Shown piece after piece: positions 63,200-64,000 of a DNA stretch of 64,000 bases. The stretch is from the human T2T-CHM13v2.0 reference genome, Homo sapiens. Position 1 is the first letter of the stretch; the number at the start of each line of letters is the position of its first letter. The notes under the pieces were generated by a model, which saw only the letters and a list, made by a program, of their open reading frames with translations, made no database searches and was not told the DNA's origin. Position numbers and translations under genes: made by a program. The stretch lies in the NCBI RefSeq assembly GCF_009914755.1, contig NC_060937.1. One strand, 5' to 3'.

Positions 63200-63891
63200 A
63201 CAGAATGACTTCTTTATCCTGCTGACTCTGGAAAGCCCGGCGCCTTGTGATCCATTGCAAACCGAGAGTCACCTCGTGTTTAGAACACGGATCCACTCCC
63301 AAGTTCAGTGGGGGGATGTGAGGGGTGTGGCAGGTAGGACGAAGGACTCTCTTCCTTCTGATTCGGTCTGCACAGTGGGGCCTAGGGCTGGAGCTCTCTC
63401 CGTGCGGACCGCTGACTCCCTCTACCTTGGGTTCCCTCGGCCCCACCCTGGAACGCCGGGCCTTGGCAGATTCTGGCCCTTCCTGGCCCTTCAGTCGCTG
63501 TCAGAAACCCCATCTCATGCTCGGATGCCCCGAGTGACTGTGGCTCGCACCTCTCCGGAAACATTGGAAATCTCTCCTCTACGCGCGGCCACCTGAAACC
63601 ACAGGAGCTCGGGACACACGTGCTTTCGGGAGAGAATGCTGAGAGTCTCTTGCCGACTCTCTCTTGACTTGAGTTCTTCGTGGGTGCGTGGTTAAGACGT
63701 AGTGAGACCAGATGTATTAACTCAGGCCGGGTGCTGGTGGCTCACGCCTGTAACCCCAACACTTTGGGAGGCCGAGGCCGTAGGATCCCTCGAGGAATCG
63801 CCTAACCCTGGGGAGGTTGAGGTTGCAGTGAGTGAGCCATAGTTGTGTCACTGTGCTCCAGTCTGGGCGAAAGACAGAATGAGGCCCTGCC

Positions 63892-63923
<32 letters not shown>

Positions 63924-64000
63924 AAAGACAACAGCTGTATTATGTTCTTCTCAGGGTAGGAAGCAAAAATAACAGAATACAGCACTTAATTAATTTTTTT

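Overview
This window is part of a human ribosomal DNA (NOR) tandem array. It holds one complete 45S/47S transcription unit on the + strand: TSS 23353, 18S 27008-28876, 5.8S 29959-30115, 28S 31284-36368, and the first Sal-box terminator at 36760. Intergenic spacer (IGS) lies on both sides. The repeat period is 46,970 bp, so 1-17030 recurs as 46971-64000, apparently base-identical. The IGS contains four R (terminator) repeats with 14 Sal-box-like motifs, two long repeats (LR1/LR2) with multi-kb CT/CTGT tracts, about 25 Alu-derived pieces, an L1 3' fragment and a CDC27 retrocopy. There are no credible protein-coding genes: the long ORFs are translations of microsatellites or GC-rich rRNA, apart from the CDC27 pseudogene remnants. 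I found no new gene system. The best leads are (i) a family of at least four diverged CTCF/RFX-like modules in the IGS, (ii) the same A>C change recurring in about 15 independent Alus, (iii) the CDC27 retrocopy being an exon-spliced, intron-retaining 3.8-kb insert with a target-site duplication, and (iv) two recent internal duplications that lengthen this unit. All alignments were done by eye, so repeat boundaries are approximate.
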